Shown here piece after piece: positions 51,338 to 61,394 of a stretch of 64,000 bases of DNA. The stretch covers positions 3,371 through 67,370 of the forward strand of contig CAZBUD010000009.1 in the NCBI GenBank assembly GCA_964495015.1, given 5' to 3'. The stretch comes from an uncultured Enterobacteriaceae bacterium. GTDB lineage: Bacteria; Desulfobacterota; Binatia; Bin18. Below the pieces are notes generated by a model. That model made no database searches. It was not told the origin of the DNA and was given only the letters and a program-made list of their open reading frames with translations. The first letter of the stretch is position 1. The number at the start of each line of letters is the position of its first letter. The position numbers and the translations under genes are program-made.

Positions 51338-52093
51338 ATGGATTTAGGTCTTACAGAAAAGAAAGCGATCGTCACGGGCGGTAGCCGAGGTATTGGGCGC
51401 GCTATCGCCGATCTTTTTGTGGATGAAGGTGTGTCCCTTGCGATCTGTGCTCGTAAAGCTGCAGGGCTGCAGGAGGCAGAAAACGAGCTCAAAGCTAAGG
51501 GTGTGTCAGTCTTCTCGAAAGCTGTCGATGTCAGCAAAGCAGATGACTACAAGTCCTTTATTACTGAGGCGGCCGAAGCGCTGGGTGGTTTAGATATCTT
51601 TGTCCAGAACGTCAGCGCGATGGTCGGCCGGGACGAGAAAGGTTGGGAGCGTAGCTTTCAGATTGATATGATGGGTGCCGTACGCGGAGTTGAGGCCGTG
51701 CAGCCGTTCTTAGAAAAGTCCAAAGCTGGCAGCGTTATTTTTATCGGTACGACAGCGGCCATTGAAAACTTTGGTCCACCCAATTCGTATGGCGCACTCA
51801 AAGCCGCATTACTCGCCTACACCAACGACCTCGGCCAGGCGCTTGCTCATAAAGGTGTTCGGGTCAATACTGTCTCACCCGGCTCCATCTATTTTGAAGG
51901 CGGTACCTGGGACCGGGTGGAAAAGAGTATGCCGGACTATTTTGAGCGGGTGCGTAAGTCTATTCCGTTTGGTCGTTTTGGGAAGCCGGACGAAGTGGCC
52001 CGTGTAGTGGCCTTTATGTCCAGCTCAGCTGCGGGCTGGGTAACAGGGACCAACATCATTGTTGACGGCGGGCAGCATAAAGGGGTGGACTGA
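51338..52093 (+). CDS. Short-chain dehydrogenase/reductase
   Basis: IVTGGSRGIG, YGALK, NTVSPG, GTNIIVDGG. Confidence 0.92.
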   Translation: MDLGLTEKKAIVTGGSRGIGRAIADLFVDEGVSLAICARKAAGLQEAENELKAKGVSVFSKAVDVSKADDYKSFITEAAEALGGLDIFVQNVSAMVGRDEKGWERSFQIDMMGAVRGVEAVQPFLEKSKAGSVIFIGTTAAIENFGPPNSYGALKAALLAYTNDLGQALAHKGVRVNTVSPGSIYFEGGTWDRVEKSMPDYFERVRKSIPFGRFGKPDEVARVVAFMSSSAAGWVTGTNIIVDGGQHKGVD

Positions 52094-52190
52094 GAATTTC
52101 GATGTGTGTGGGTGCGCGTCATCCTGAGGAGCCGTGTGAATAAGAATCTCTTCGTCTTCTACGCCTGAGAAATTTTTCACCTTCGGAGCT

Positions 52191-52224
52191 GGGTGTCGGG
52201 GCACGCTGTGCTAACCCGACCTAC
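52191..52224 (-). repeat. GTAG-type REP palindrome
   Basis: Minus strand GTAGGTCGGGTTAGCACAGCGTGCCCCGAC. Confidence 0.6.
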
Positions 52225-52259
52225 GGGATTGGCCTAACTTGAGGCAGATGGTGAGGGCT

Positions 52260-52478
52260 CTAATTACGATCAGCCCAGTTTTTTCCCTCTTGGAGGGCAT
52301 AATCGTCTGCTTCTTCTTCACTGGTAAACGTCCGTTCGCTTTCACGGAGCGGAAAAAATTCATCGACGATCCCATCGATCAACCGAAAGACCCGTGCTGC
52401 TGGCTTCCACTCATCCGTATCAAGCTGTTTTGATCGCGGCTCAATGTAAAAGCCTTCATATTCTTCGGTGTCACGCAT
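52260..52478 (-). CDS. Small acidic hypothetical protein (72 aa) downstream of the selenoprotein
   Basis: MRDTEEYEGFYIEPRS...WKP...FTSEEEADDYALQEGKNWAD. Protein-like composition, co-oriented, 49 bp after the Grx stop. Confidence 0.6.
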   Translation of the reverse strand: MRDTEEYEGFYIEPRSKQLDTDEWKPAARVFRLIDGIVDEFFPLRESERTFTSEEEADDYALQEGKNWADRN

Positions 52479-52527
52479 ATTGAGACTTCTTTCTTTCTAG
52501 GGATGAGAATTGAGGGGGTTATGAGGC

Positions 52528-52764
52528 CTAAAGCCCCAACAGTTCCAGGAGCTTCGCCTTATTAAAGCCAACAATGACTTCCTCGTCGAAGATAATTACC
52601 GGTAGATGCCCCCGGCCTGCGAGTTGTTGGAGGCGTTCTTGGGCCGCAGTGTCTGTCGTCACGTCGTAGGCTGTGAAATCGATTCCTGCTTGCGAAAGAA
52701 ACTCTTCCGCCGCTTTGCACGGGGCTCAGGTTGGTGTGGAGTACACTGCGCAGCGTTTGTCCAA
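52528..52764 (-). CDS. Glutaredoxin/NrdH-like selenoprotein with UxxC motif (78 aa; TGA at 52726-52728 read as Sec)
   Basis: AGAGGT RBS + TTG start. MDKRCAVYSTPT-U-APCKAAEEFLSQAGIDFTAYDVTTDTAAQERLQQLAGRGHLPVIIFDEEVIVGFNKAKLLELLGL* reads in a single frame, has the thioredoxin-fold cis-Pro (LPV) and IVGF, and has a SECIS-like hairpin after the TGA. Confidence 0.85.
52685..52725 (-). promoter_or_regulatory. Bacterial SECIS element
   Basis: After the UGA: upper stem GCGGAAGA/UCUUUCGC (8 bp) with apical loop GUU, whose G lies 23 nt from the UGA. Lower stem CC(G)UGC/GCAGG. Confidence 0.75.
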
Positions 52765-52782
52765 AGGCTACCTCTTGATCGT

Positions 52783-54033
52783 TTATCGGGTACCTAGAAG
52801 AGGTATCCCTACGTCTGTGTCTATTATCGTTAAGCAGCTTCTGCGGTCAAGAAGTACACCCCGTGATAAAAACTTTGCTCCCGCTGGATCCAACTCCAGA
52901 TGCAGCGCTTTCAGACCGCGAAGAATAAAGCCAGGCGTATGAGTGAGGTCATTTTTGTCGGCGGGGAGACGAATATTCTGGGGTCGTGTGGGCAGCGTCT
53001 CAAAAGCAATCTGTGCATCTAAACGGGCAAGCGTCGCACCTAGGTAGTAATGAACGCCCTCGCCTAAGGCCAAGTTATCTTTAGCATTGGCGCGCCGGAT
53101 ATCGGAATGATCCTCTCATGGAAACTGTTCCGTGTCGACTTTTTCCGTGCGAGACAGTCCTTGGACTGAAGATTCGATACGCAGTGCCCGCTCGATATAG
53201 CTCGGCATGAGGGAATGATCTGCCCGGAGTGCCTGCATTTGTTCCGGGTGTTGAAGCGGCAGGAGCAGGGCGCTGGCGATGACACTAGTTGTTGTCTCGT
53301 TTCCAGCAACAAGAATTTGGCTCAGAATATTGAGCATCTCACCAGCGTCGAGCGGAGTCTCTCCTTCGAGTTGGCCGTTGATCAAATCGGTGAGTAAATC
53401 ATCATGCAGAACCGTTCGTCGCTCCTCAAACTTGTCTGCAAAATAGTGCTGGAATTCGACCATGCTGTACGCACACTCAATCTCCCGCTCAAGGCTAATC
53501 GTCCGCCAGAGAGGGCGACGGCATCATCTGACCAGCGCTTAAAATCCGGTAGATCTGCACGGCTCACGGCCCAGGCGTCGGCAATAACGGTGAGCAGCAC
53601 GGGGGCTGCAAACTGCTCAATGAGTTCAACCTTACCGTCCTCAATGAAGCAATCAATCAAATCATTGGCAATTGTACAAATACTTGGCTCTAGTTCCGCA
53701 ACGCGCCGAGGCGTAAAGGCATTGTTCACGAGCACACGATTCCGACGGTGCGCCGGCGGTCGTTGGTAAGCAGCCTAGCCACCGGCAGCCAACCTTGCTT
53801 GAGAATCTCCACAACTTCCTGTGGTGGGTTGGCTCTGACCCCTGGGCCCGTTTTTGAGGGGGGCGTCTCCGTATCATGCACAGTTTTTTTTATGTCTTCG
53901 TGTGTAGTGACAATAAAGAAAACCATACCCGGCACCTGATACATGGATGCCTCAGTGCGCATGGCTGTATAGAATGGGAGGGACACTCAATTCTTTCGGG
54001 CGCAGACGGATTAAACTGTGCTACTGCCGACGT
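52783..54033 (-). pseudogene. Cytochrome P450 pseudogene (multiple frameshifts)
   Basis: Fragments in several frames: PFYTAMRTEA, NNAFTPRRV, AGNETT (I-helix), ERALRIES (ExxR), GEGVHYYLGA (FGxGxHxC with Cys to Tyr). The apparent start is ACG at 54033 behind a GAGGT RBS. Confidence 0.85.
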
Positions 54034-54167
54034 GCTACTGACCTCGTATCAATGGAAGTCGCTGTTCGGTTTTTAGTGCCTGGATGTGTGGAGAATGGCA
54101 AGCTGCGTGTGCTGAGTTTGATCGGTGTCCTTGGCCTGGTCGGCCATCCTCAGTATCATCAGAAAGT

Positions 54168-57100
54168 ATGAATCGAATCTCCGTTCGTTTACTCAGTCTT
54201 TTTGCCCTTTTGTCTCTTCTCTCACCTCCCTCATCGCCGGCGTTCCCAGAACAGCTCCCTGGCAAAGAGAAATCTATCCAAAGCCCTCATGTCCACGGGG
54301 TTGCAGCTACGAAGGCGGAGGAGTCTCATGCTTGGAAAGAAGCCGTCTTGCTGACCGATATTCGCCAGGTCACGTTCGCTGGAAGGCGGGCTGGGGAGGG
54401 ATATTTCAGCCCAGATGGATCTCAGCTTATTTTTCAGAGTGAACGCACAGCGGGTAATCCTTTTTTTCAGATCTACCGTATGAAATTGCCAGACGGCAAA
54501 ACGCACAGAATCTCGCCTGGAACAGGTAAGACAACCTGTGCCTGGTTCCATCCCCTTAAACAAAAAGTACTCTTCGCTTCAACGCACGAAGACCCGGATG
54601 CGCAGAAAAAGCAGCAAAGCGAGATCGAACGACGTGCCTCAGGAGAGAAGCGCCGGTATGAATGGGACTTTGACGAACACTACGACCTGTTTGAAGCAGA
54701 TGTTAACGGACAGAATCTGCGTAACCTGACTCAAACGAAAGGTTATGATGCCGAAGGGTCTTGGTCGCCGAACGGGCAACTCATCGTCTTTACCTCAAAT
54801 CGGCATGCTTATACGCAAAGCCTGTCTGGTGAAGATCAGAAGCGTTTTGCCCAAGATCCTTCGTCTCAGATGGACGTCTATCTCATGCGGCTCATGCCAG
54901 GCGACGGCCTAGGACTACGCCGCCTGACGACTGCCCCAGGGTATGATGGCGGGCCTTTTTTCAGTCCAGATGGAAAACGTATTGTGTGGCGACGCTTCTC
55001 ACCCAGCGGTGCACAGGCAGAGGTCTGGACGATGCGTATCGACGGGACGGACAAAAAACAGATCACTCGTCTGGATGCGATGTCGTGGGCTCCCTATTTT
55101 CATCCATCCGGCGACTATCTGATCTTTACGACGAATCTGCATGGTTTTGATAATTTTGAGTTATACATTGTTGGTAGACAGGGCCAGGCTGACCCTGTTC
55201 GTGTCACTCATACAAAGGGCTTTGACGGGCTACCTGTCTTTGCTCCGGACGGAAAACGGCTGGCGTGGACCAGTAGTCGGACGGCGGACAAAAAAGCCCA
55301 GATTTTCTTTGCCGACTGGAACGATGCCGAAGCGCGTTGTTTGCTTGGACTTGAGACCCGAGCTTCGGATCAGGCTGCTGCTGAATCGACGTCAGCGATT
55401 CGGACGTGTGAATTGCGCCGTACCGTTGCCGATCTAGCCTCAGAGAAAATGGCAGGCCGATTGACGGGCACAGAAGGAGAAAGGCTCGCAACCGAGTACG
55501 CCGCCGCTATCCTCGAAAGATATGGCCTCGAACCAGCCGGAGATAACGGCACGTTTTTTCAGTCTTTTGAGTTCACGGCTGGAGTATCCCTTGGCCGAGG
55601 GAATGTCCTGATACGACAGACCGATTCGAACCAAGAAGGACAAGTTAGCTATCAGATTGGAACAGACTGGCGACCGCTTACGTTCTCCAAGATTGGTGCC
55701 TTTGATCGAGCAGAAGTGGTCTTTGCTGGCTACGGCATTGTCGCTCCAGCAACGGAGGCATACGAGGAGTACGATTCTTTTATTCATCTGGATGTGACGG
55801 ATAAATGGGTGCTTGCATTCCGCTATCTACCGGAAGGCATAGACGCCAAATACCGCCAGCATCTCAACCGTCACGCCAGCTTGCGCTATAAAGCCATGGT
55901 CGCTCGAGACCGTGGCGCGCGCGGTCTCATTATTGTCAGCGGTCCGAATACCAAAGTCAAAGACCAATTGGTCAAACTGTCCTTCGACGCATCCCTTGCA
56001 GGAACGAGCATTGCCGCACTATCCATCACAGATGTACTTGCACAGGAGTGGCTCGGTCACGCTGGAAAGTCGCTCAAAGATCTGCAAACTGCTCTTGATA
56101 CAGGGCAGCCGACGGCCGGATTCCCCATAACAAGCCTGGGGATTGGAGCCACTATTGATATTCATCAAGAGAAACGAAATGGACGGAATGTACTCGCACG
56201 TTTGTCTACTCGCACAGATCCATCAGCGACTGGCATGGTCGTTGTTGGTGCTCATATCGATCATCTTGGAAACGGCGTAGGAGTTGGATCGCTGGCGCGT
56301 GAGGAGGAAAAGGGGCAGATCCATTACGGCGCGGATGACAATGCGTCGGGGGTGGCCGCCGTGCTGGGGATTGCTAAAGCTCTTGCGCTGGAGCAGGCGA
56401 AAGGGGAGGGCGCCATCAAAGGCGGCCGCAGCCTCAAACGAGACCTCCTGTTTGCCCTCTGGTCTGGGGAAGAAATGGGTTTGCTCGGATCGAGTCATTT
56501 CACCAAGACCTTTGGCCAAACCGGAAAAGCGCCTGAGAGGCTCTCTCCTGATGTTGTGGCCTATCTCAACTTGGATATGGTTGGCCGATTTGATAAGGCT
56601 CTGGTTCTCCAGGGAGTAGGCTCAAGCTCAATTTGGCCGAGCGCGATTGAGCGCCACAATGCGCCTATCGGCCTCCCTTTGACCTTGCACAACGACAGCT
56701 ATCTGCCGACGGATGCGACGGCGTTTTATCTCAAGGGAGTCCCTATTTTAAATGCGTTTACCGGTGGGCATGCGGAGTATCACTCTCCACGCGATACGGT
56801 GGAGAAGCTCAACTATCCTGGCCTTACAAAAATCACGCAACTGATGGCGGGGTTGATCCGATCAGTAGCAAACCGCGAAGAAGTGCCCGACTATATAGAG
56901 ATGGGGAAGCCCCATGGCCCTGTTGGCCGGGTTCGTCTACGTGCCTACCTGGGAACGATTCCGGACTACACCCAAGGGGATGTCACTGGCGTACAACTCT
57001 CTGGTGTGGCAAAAGGAGGACCCGCGGATTTGGCTGGGGTCCGAGGCGGTGATATTGTCGTGACGTTGACGGGCAAGACGGTGGAAAATATTTATGATTA

Positions 57101-57206
57101 CACGTATGTCGTCGATAGTTTGAAAATTGGTGAGCCGGTTGGCATTGCTGTGTTAAGGAATGGTCGGCGGGTCGAATTGACTATTGCGCCTGCGTCGCGG
57201 GAATAA
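54168..57206 (+). CDS. Secreted M28 peptidase with TolB-like PD40 repeats, PA and PDZ domains
   Basis: Signal peptide; GEGYFSPDG/DGGPFFSPDG repeats; GAHIDH, GADDNASG, GEEMG, NLDMVG, YHSPRD; C-terminal YLGTIPDY...GGPA PDZ. Confidence 0.9.
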   Translation: MNRISVRLLSLFALLSLLSPPSSPAFPEQLPGKEKSIQSPHVHGVAATKAEESHAWKEAVLLTDIRQVTFAGRRAGEGYFSPDGSQLIFQSERTAGNPFFQIYRMKLPDGKTHRISPGTGKTTCAWFHPLKQKVLFASTHEDPDAQKKQQSEIERRASGEKRRYEWDFDEHYDLFEADVNGQNLRNLTQTKGYDAEGSWSPNGQLIVFTSNRHAYTQSLSGEDQKRFAQDPSSQMDVYLMRLMPGDGLGLRRLTTAPGYDGGPFFSPDGKRIVWRRFSPSGAQAEVWTMRIDGTDKKQITRLDAMSWAPYFHPSGDYLIFTTNLHGFDNFELYIVGRQGQADPVRVTHTKGFDGLPVFAPDGKRLAWTSSRTADKKAQIFFADWNDAEARCLLGLETRASDQAAAESTSAIRTCELRRTVADLASEKMAGRLTGTEGERLATEYAAAILERYGLEPAGDNGTFFQSFEFTAGVSLGRGNVLIRQTDSNQEGQVSYQIGTDWRPLTFSKIGAFDRAEVVFAGYGIVAPATEAYEEYDSFIHLDVTDKWVLAFRYLPEGIDAKYRQHLNRHASLRYKAMVARDRGARGLIIVSGPNTKVKDQLVKLSFDASLAGTSIAALSITDVLAQEWLGHAGKSLKDLQTALDTGQPTAGFPITSLGIGATIDIHQEKRNGRNVLARLSTRTDPSATGMVVVGAHIDHLGNGVGVGSLAREEEKGQIHYGADDNASGVAAVLGIAKALALEQAKGEGAIKGGRSLKRDLLFALWSGEEMGLLGSSHFTKTFGQTGKAPERLSPDVVAYLNLDMVGRFDKALVLQGVGSSSIWPSAIERHNAPIGLPLTLHNDSYLPTDATAFYLKGVPILNAFTGGHAEYHSPRDTVEKLNYPGLTKITQLMAGLIRSVANREEVPDYIEMGKPHGPVGRVRLRAYLGTIPDYTQGDVTGVQLSGVAKGGPADLAGVRGGDIVVTLTGKTVENIYDYTYVVDSLKIGEPVGIAVLRNGRRVELTIAPASRE

Positions 57207-58562
57207 ATGGGCCGCACATTAAATCCCAAAAGTATTCAGATTTCTACTCACTCCCATAGGACGCTGAGATTTTTACCTGCTCTATTTACTGGCCTTCTCC
57301 CTCTTTTTATACTTTGCTCTTCATTTTTTCTGACAAACAGCGAAGCCAGTGATCGCCCGCTTGCGTGGATCGGTTTGGGACCAGGAGGACAATCCGTAGT
57401 TCGGACGGTAACGACGGAAGACGTTTGCCCTGATCTGCGTGTTGAGACACAGCCCTACCCAATGCAGATACGCTCTCATCCGGCATCGTCATCGTTCTCG
57501 ATCTTGATCTGTGAAATTCTCCTACCAAGTCATACGACTCTCGTAACAGTTGAGGGTGTGTTGCTCTCCCTGCCGAAATTCCTGCCCGAGAAGCTAGTTA
57601 TTCTTGGCGACACGGGCTGTCGAGTCCAAAACAGATTTGCCCAAGCCTGCAATGATCCTGACGCGTGGCCGTTTGCACGGATAGCACAAAGTGCTGCCGC
57701 TTGGCAGCCGGACCTTGTCATTCACCTGGGCGACTACTTCTATCGTGACTCGCCATGCCCGATTGGGAATGTCTCTTGCGCCGGTAGTCCGTGGGGCGAC
57801 AATTGGGAGGTGGCTCAAGCCGACTTTTTCTCTCCAGCACGACCCTTGTTACAAGCCGCGCCCTGGATATTCGTACGGGGAAATCATGAAGCCTGTGGTC
57901 GGAGTGGGGAGGCTTGGTTTCGTTTGCTCGATCCGCGACCTCTGCGTGAACAATGTACCGACGAGACCCAACCGTATGTTGTGCCATTCGGAGAACGCGA
58001 CCTCTTCGTACTGGATACTATGAATGCTCACGATAGTGTGCCCCTGCCAGATAGCGTCGCCTACTTTGTACAGCAGTTTGTTACGTTGGCGGAGCAAAGC
58101 GAAAGACCGGCCTGGCTCCTCTCTCATAAACCGGTGTGGGCGTTCGGTTTCCTGGGACAAGAGCACGGAGTCGATAAGCTTTTTCGGACCAATCCAACAC
58201 TTCAGGCTGCTGCCCAGCAGTCTTTCGCGCCGACAATTGAATTGATTCTTTCAGGCCATCTCCACGCGGTCGAGTTTTTGCAGTTTGCCCAAGGTAAGCC
58301 GCTCCAGTTTGTTATTGGCAATGGCGGAACCTTTCTCGATCCGCCCCTCAGCATGTCTGTGGTAGGAATGGAAATAGCAGACCGGCAGGTTACTGGCGCG
58401 GAAGTACTCGCTGAGTTTGGATATGTAACCCTGGAACGTGATGGGGGAGGCTGGATACTGATCCCACGCGATGTGCATGGGGCTGCGCAGAAAGTCTGTC
58501 AGCTCAATAATGAAGGCCTGACGTGTACTCCTCCGGACCAAGCAGCTCGCCTACGTCAGTGA
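57207..58562 (+). CDS. Secreted calcineurin-like metallophosphoesterase
   Basis: GDTGC, HLGDY, RGNHE, SHKP, SGHLH motifs; N-terminal hydrophobic segment. Confidence 0.85.
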   Translation: MGRTLNPKSIQISTHSHRTLRFLPALFTGLLPLFILCSSFFLTNSEASDRPLAWIGLGPGGQSVVRTVTTEDVCPDLRVETQPYPMQIRSHPASSSFSILICEILLPSHTTLVTVEGVLLSLPKFLPEKLVILGDTGCRVQNRFAQACNDPDAWPFARIAQSAAAWQPDLVIHLGDYFYRDSPCPIGNVSCAGSPWGDNWEVAQADFFSPARPLLQAAPWIFVRGNHEACGRSGEAWFRLLDPRPLREQCTDETQPYVVPFGERDLFVLDTMNAHDSVPLPDSVAYFVQQFVTLAEQSERPAWLLSHKPVWAFGFLGQEHGVDKLFRTNPTLQAAAQQSFAPTIELILSGHLHAVEFLQFAQGKPLQFVIGNGGTFLDPPLSMSVVGMEIADRQVTGAEVLAEFGYVTLERDGGGWILIPRDVHGAAQKVCQLNNEGLTCTPPDQAARLRQ

Positions 58563-59283
58563 CCACAATATCGGCGCCGTTTTCCTTGAGCAAATCCCCG
58601 TGGCCTCGGCGATCCACCCCGACAACTAAACCAAAGTTGCCGGCGCGACCTGACTGGACTCCTGATATAGCATCTTCAATAACGACCGCGCGTGATGGCT
58701 GAACGTCAAGTTTTTGGGCTGCGGCAAGGAACAAGTCAGGCGCCGGCTTGCCTGCGAGATGTTCCTGAGCAGCGACGTTTCCATCAACCCGGACGTCAAG
58801 CAGCCCAACAATCCCCGCAGATTGTAAAACCAACTCGCAATTAGCGCTCGGCGTGACGACTGCGGTTTTCATTCCGATCTGTCGGACATACCGGGCTAGG
58901 GCGACCGTACCGGGGAAAGCCTCGACGCCATCGGCGGCAATGACTTGGTTGACTACGGCGTTCTTGCGATTGCCTAGTCCACAGATGGTTTCCCAGTCGG
59001 CGAGGGCGGCTGGGCTGCCTTCCTGCAAAGATATATGGCGCGATTCTAGAAAAGTGCGTACCCCGTCATAGAGTGATTTCCCGTCAACGTAGAGATTATA
59101 ATCGGTCTGAATGTCAAAAGACCGGAATGGGAGGTGCTGAGCTTCGGCACGGTGGCTGAGGAAGGTATCGAACATTTGCTTCCAGCACGCTGCATGGATT
59201 TTCGCTGTCGCGGTCAGGACCCCGTCAAGATCAAAGAGGACCGCATCAAATCGGTCTGGGGTAATGGGCTTGAAATAACTCAT
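58504..59283 (-). CDS. HAD hydrolase, beta-phosphoglucomutase family
   Basis: FDLDGVLT, KPAPDLF, EDAISG, VVGVDR. Confidence 0.88.
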   Translation of the reverse strand: MSYFKPITPDRFDAVLFDLDGVLTATAKIHAACWKQMFDTFLSHRAEAQHLPFRSFDIQTDYNLYVDGKSLYDGVRTFLESRHISLQEGSPAALADWETICGLGNRKNAVVNQVIAADGVEAFPGTVALARYVRQIGMKTAVVTPSANCELVLQSAGIVGLLDVRVDGNVAAQEHLAGKPAPDLFLAAAQKLDVQPSRAVVIEDAISGVQSGRAGNFGLVVGVDRRGHGDLLKENGADIVVTDVGELLGPEEYTSGLHY

Positions 59284-59563
59284 ACTATGATGCTTCTGCC
59301 GACTATCCGCTCTCCATCCGGTCTTAGAAGAAACCAACGTATCATACTTATGATTCGATTGTTACTCGAATATGTCATCCATATTTTATAGTGGAGATAT
59401 TTCATGACGTTAGGGCGTTCCATGGTTTGTCTCCACTCATCGTAAGCCGTTGTTTCTTCATCGTTTTTGTTGCTCCTGCCCTGCATGTATTTATTTTGAA
59501 CTAAATAACAGCCCAAACGTTTGTGTATCTAAACGTGGGAATTGGTGTGCAAAGGAGTGTCGT

Positions 59564-59778
59564 ATGTACAAATGCATTATCACAGCCGTTGTTGTCGCAA
59601 ACGTGTTTTTCTTGCCTGTTTCGAGCTGGGCGTGGGGCGGACACCATGGTGGTAACCATGGTCATGGATTATGAGTATGGTTACCACCATACCTGCGGGG
59701 ACGTTAGGGGTTGTAACCGGTGCCTTACCTGGTAGTGCGCTCTCACGACCCGCCCCTCAGCCGGCTCCTGCCAGACAT
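59564..59778 (+). pseudogene. Remnant of a small secreted Gly/His-rich protein
   Basis: MYKCIITAVVVANVFFLPVSSWA-WGGHHGGNHGHG, then a stop; continues in a shifted frame as GTLGVVTGALPGSALSRPAP. Confidence 0.4.
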
Positions 59779-60015
59779 ATGAAAGGTAGCTGCCTGTGCG
59801 GGAAGTGCGTATTCGAACTAAAAGGAACCATCAGTGCAGTCGGAAAGTCCCATTGTTCTAAATGCCGCAAGGTCTCAGGCGCTGGTTCGAATGCCTTTCA
59901 CTGGACTTGACGAAGATCTGGGTGTAGGTATCGCTGGTCACATTTGGGTGTGTGGGAAGACGACCTGGGGTATAATAGGTGATGATGCTCCGCAGTTCCC
60001 GGAGAACGCTCCTTT
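59779..60015 (+). pseudogene. GFA (glutathione-dependent formaldehyde-activating) family remnant with internal deletion
   Basis: MKGSCLCG...HCSKCRKVSG N-terminus, then in another frame HIWV.GK..W.IIGDDAPQFPE C-terminus. Confidence 0.65.
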
Positions 60016-61394
60016 AATGCCGTATCGACCAAGTCGTTCAACCCGGGCGCTTGGGGGAGAACCTAAGCCTTCTTTCTTCACAAGCAGACGCCGGGTGGAT
60101 TAGCGTCGGCAGCAGGAGAGTCTGCTTCTGTCCTCATCTCATCTATTCGCACTCGTGTCTGTCCCGCTCGGCCTTTTTTTGGTGGAATCGTACTGATCGG
60201 CATTGGGGATCTGTTTCTGGCCGTTCGTGAGATGACACTCAATAGCAGGGATAGTGTCAATTCCGACGCGGGATGGTTAAAGCACGACTATACCGGGCTA
60301 CGCGTTGTGGGCTAGCTTCTTATCGTCTCCGGATTCCTGACCGTGCTTGGTGGGATAGTCGTGGCCGTCTTCGCTGCCTTGTCGCCGTAGCCTTCTGAAG
60401 CGTGGGCGTTTTCAGCCCTGACTCTCTCAGAAAATTTATGATGGGCATTCTCGACTGATCGGGTGGATTCACCTGGGACTATCACGCGCAGTCTCAGTTG
60501 AGGAAACAGCAATGTTATGTGTTTTTAATATGTTACGGGCTCTGTGAAATAAGGAATGGGTTGGCGCGGCCCTTGCCCTACTCCTCAACATCGCGCGTAG
60601 CGCGGTTGACGGTCGAATACATTTGGAAATGGAGTTGCTTACGCCATGCGCCTGAACATTCTTCTTCTTGTGCGTATGAGTGGCCTTACTCTGGTTGCTG
60701 TTCCTCTGGTGAAAGGAGCGCAAAAGGCTGCTCCCCTCACTCCCTCTGCTGACCCTCTTGTTCGGACTCAAGCGGGAGTCTGCAGTTGAGCAGCCTATTA
60801 CCTTTTCTCGAGATGATGCGAATGTTGTCGTATTTCATCCGAACGGAGACATTATTCACCCAGGCAGAAAAGCGACCAACGACCAGGAGATCGTCCAGGC
60901 TTTGCAGGAGCTGCTCTCTCTCCCCGTGCCGAATGGCTCAATGATTTCTAATCGTCTGTGTAATAAAAGGGGAAGGACGAGCGGCAGAGTCGCGTCTCAC
61001 AGGCCGGCGTCAACCCTTACGGCTCTTTTAGTGTACGCCCATAGCATCGGTCCCGCTTCACTATTTCTTTAATTCTTTCCTGTCGGCTTCTGATCTCGTC
61101 CCCAACAATGAGAAAAGTGCTGTGAAAGGCACATGTTGCCGCCGTCTTAGGGGGATGAGCTCTTTTCATCATGATGGTGGTGTGGTAGGGCTTAGCCTTC
61201 TGTACTGCTTTGTACGGCGTCGAACAGGAGCAGGATACTGGGGAGAAGGGACTGTCTTACACTTATGGGTCACAGACCCTATTAGTGAGACACCGCGAAT
61301 GCGTTCAGACTGACATTTCCACGGCTTGAACCGGACCTCTGGGCTACGACATTGTAGCGTCTTGAGTCCGGACAAGAAGAAAGGAGGCACTATA

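Noticed and set aside
53040-53075. P450 with a novel Tyr axial ligand (HYYLG in place of HxCxG)
   Set aside because: The gene has several frameshifts and a mutated start, so Cys to Tyr is best explained as decay.
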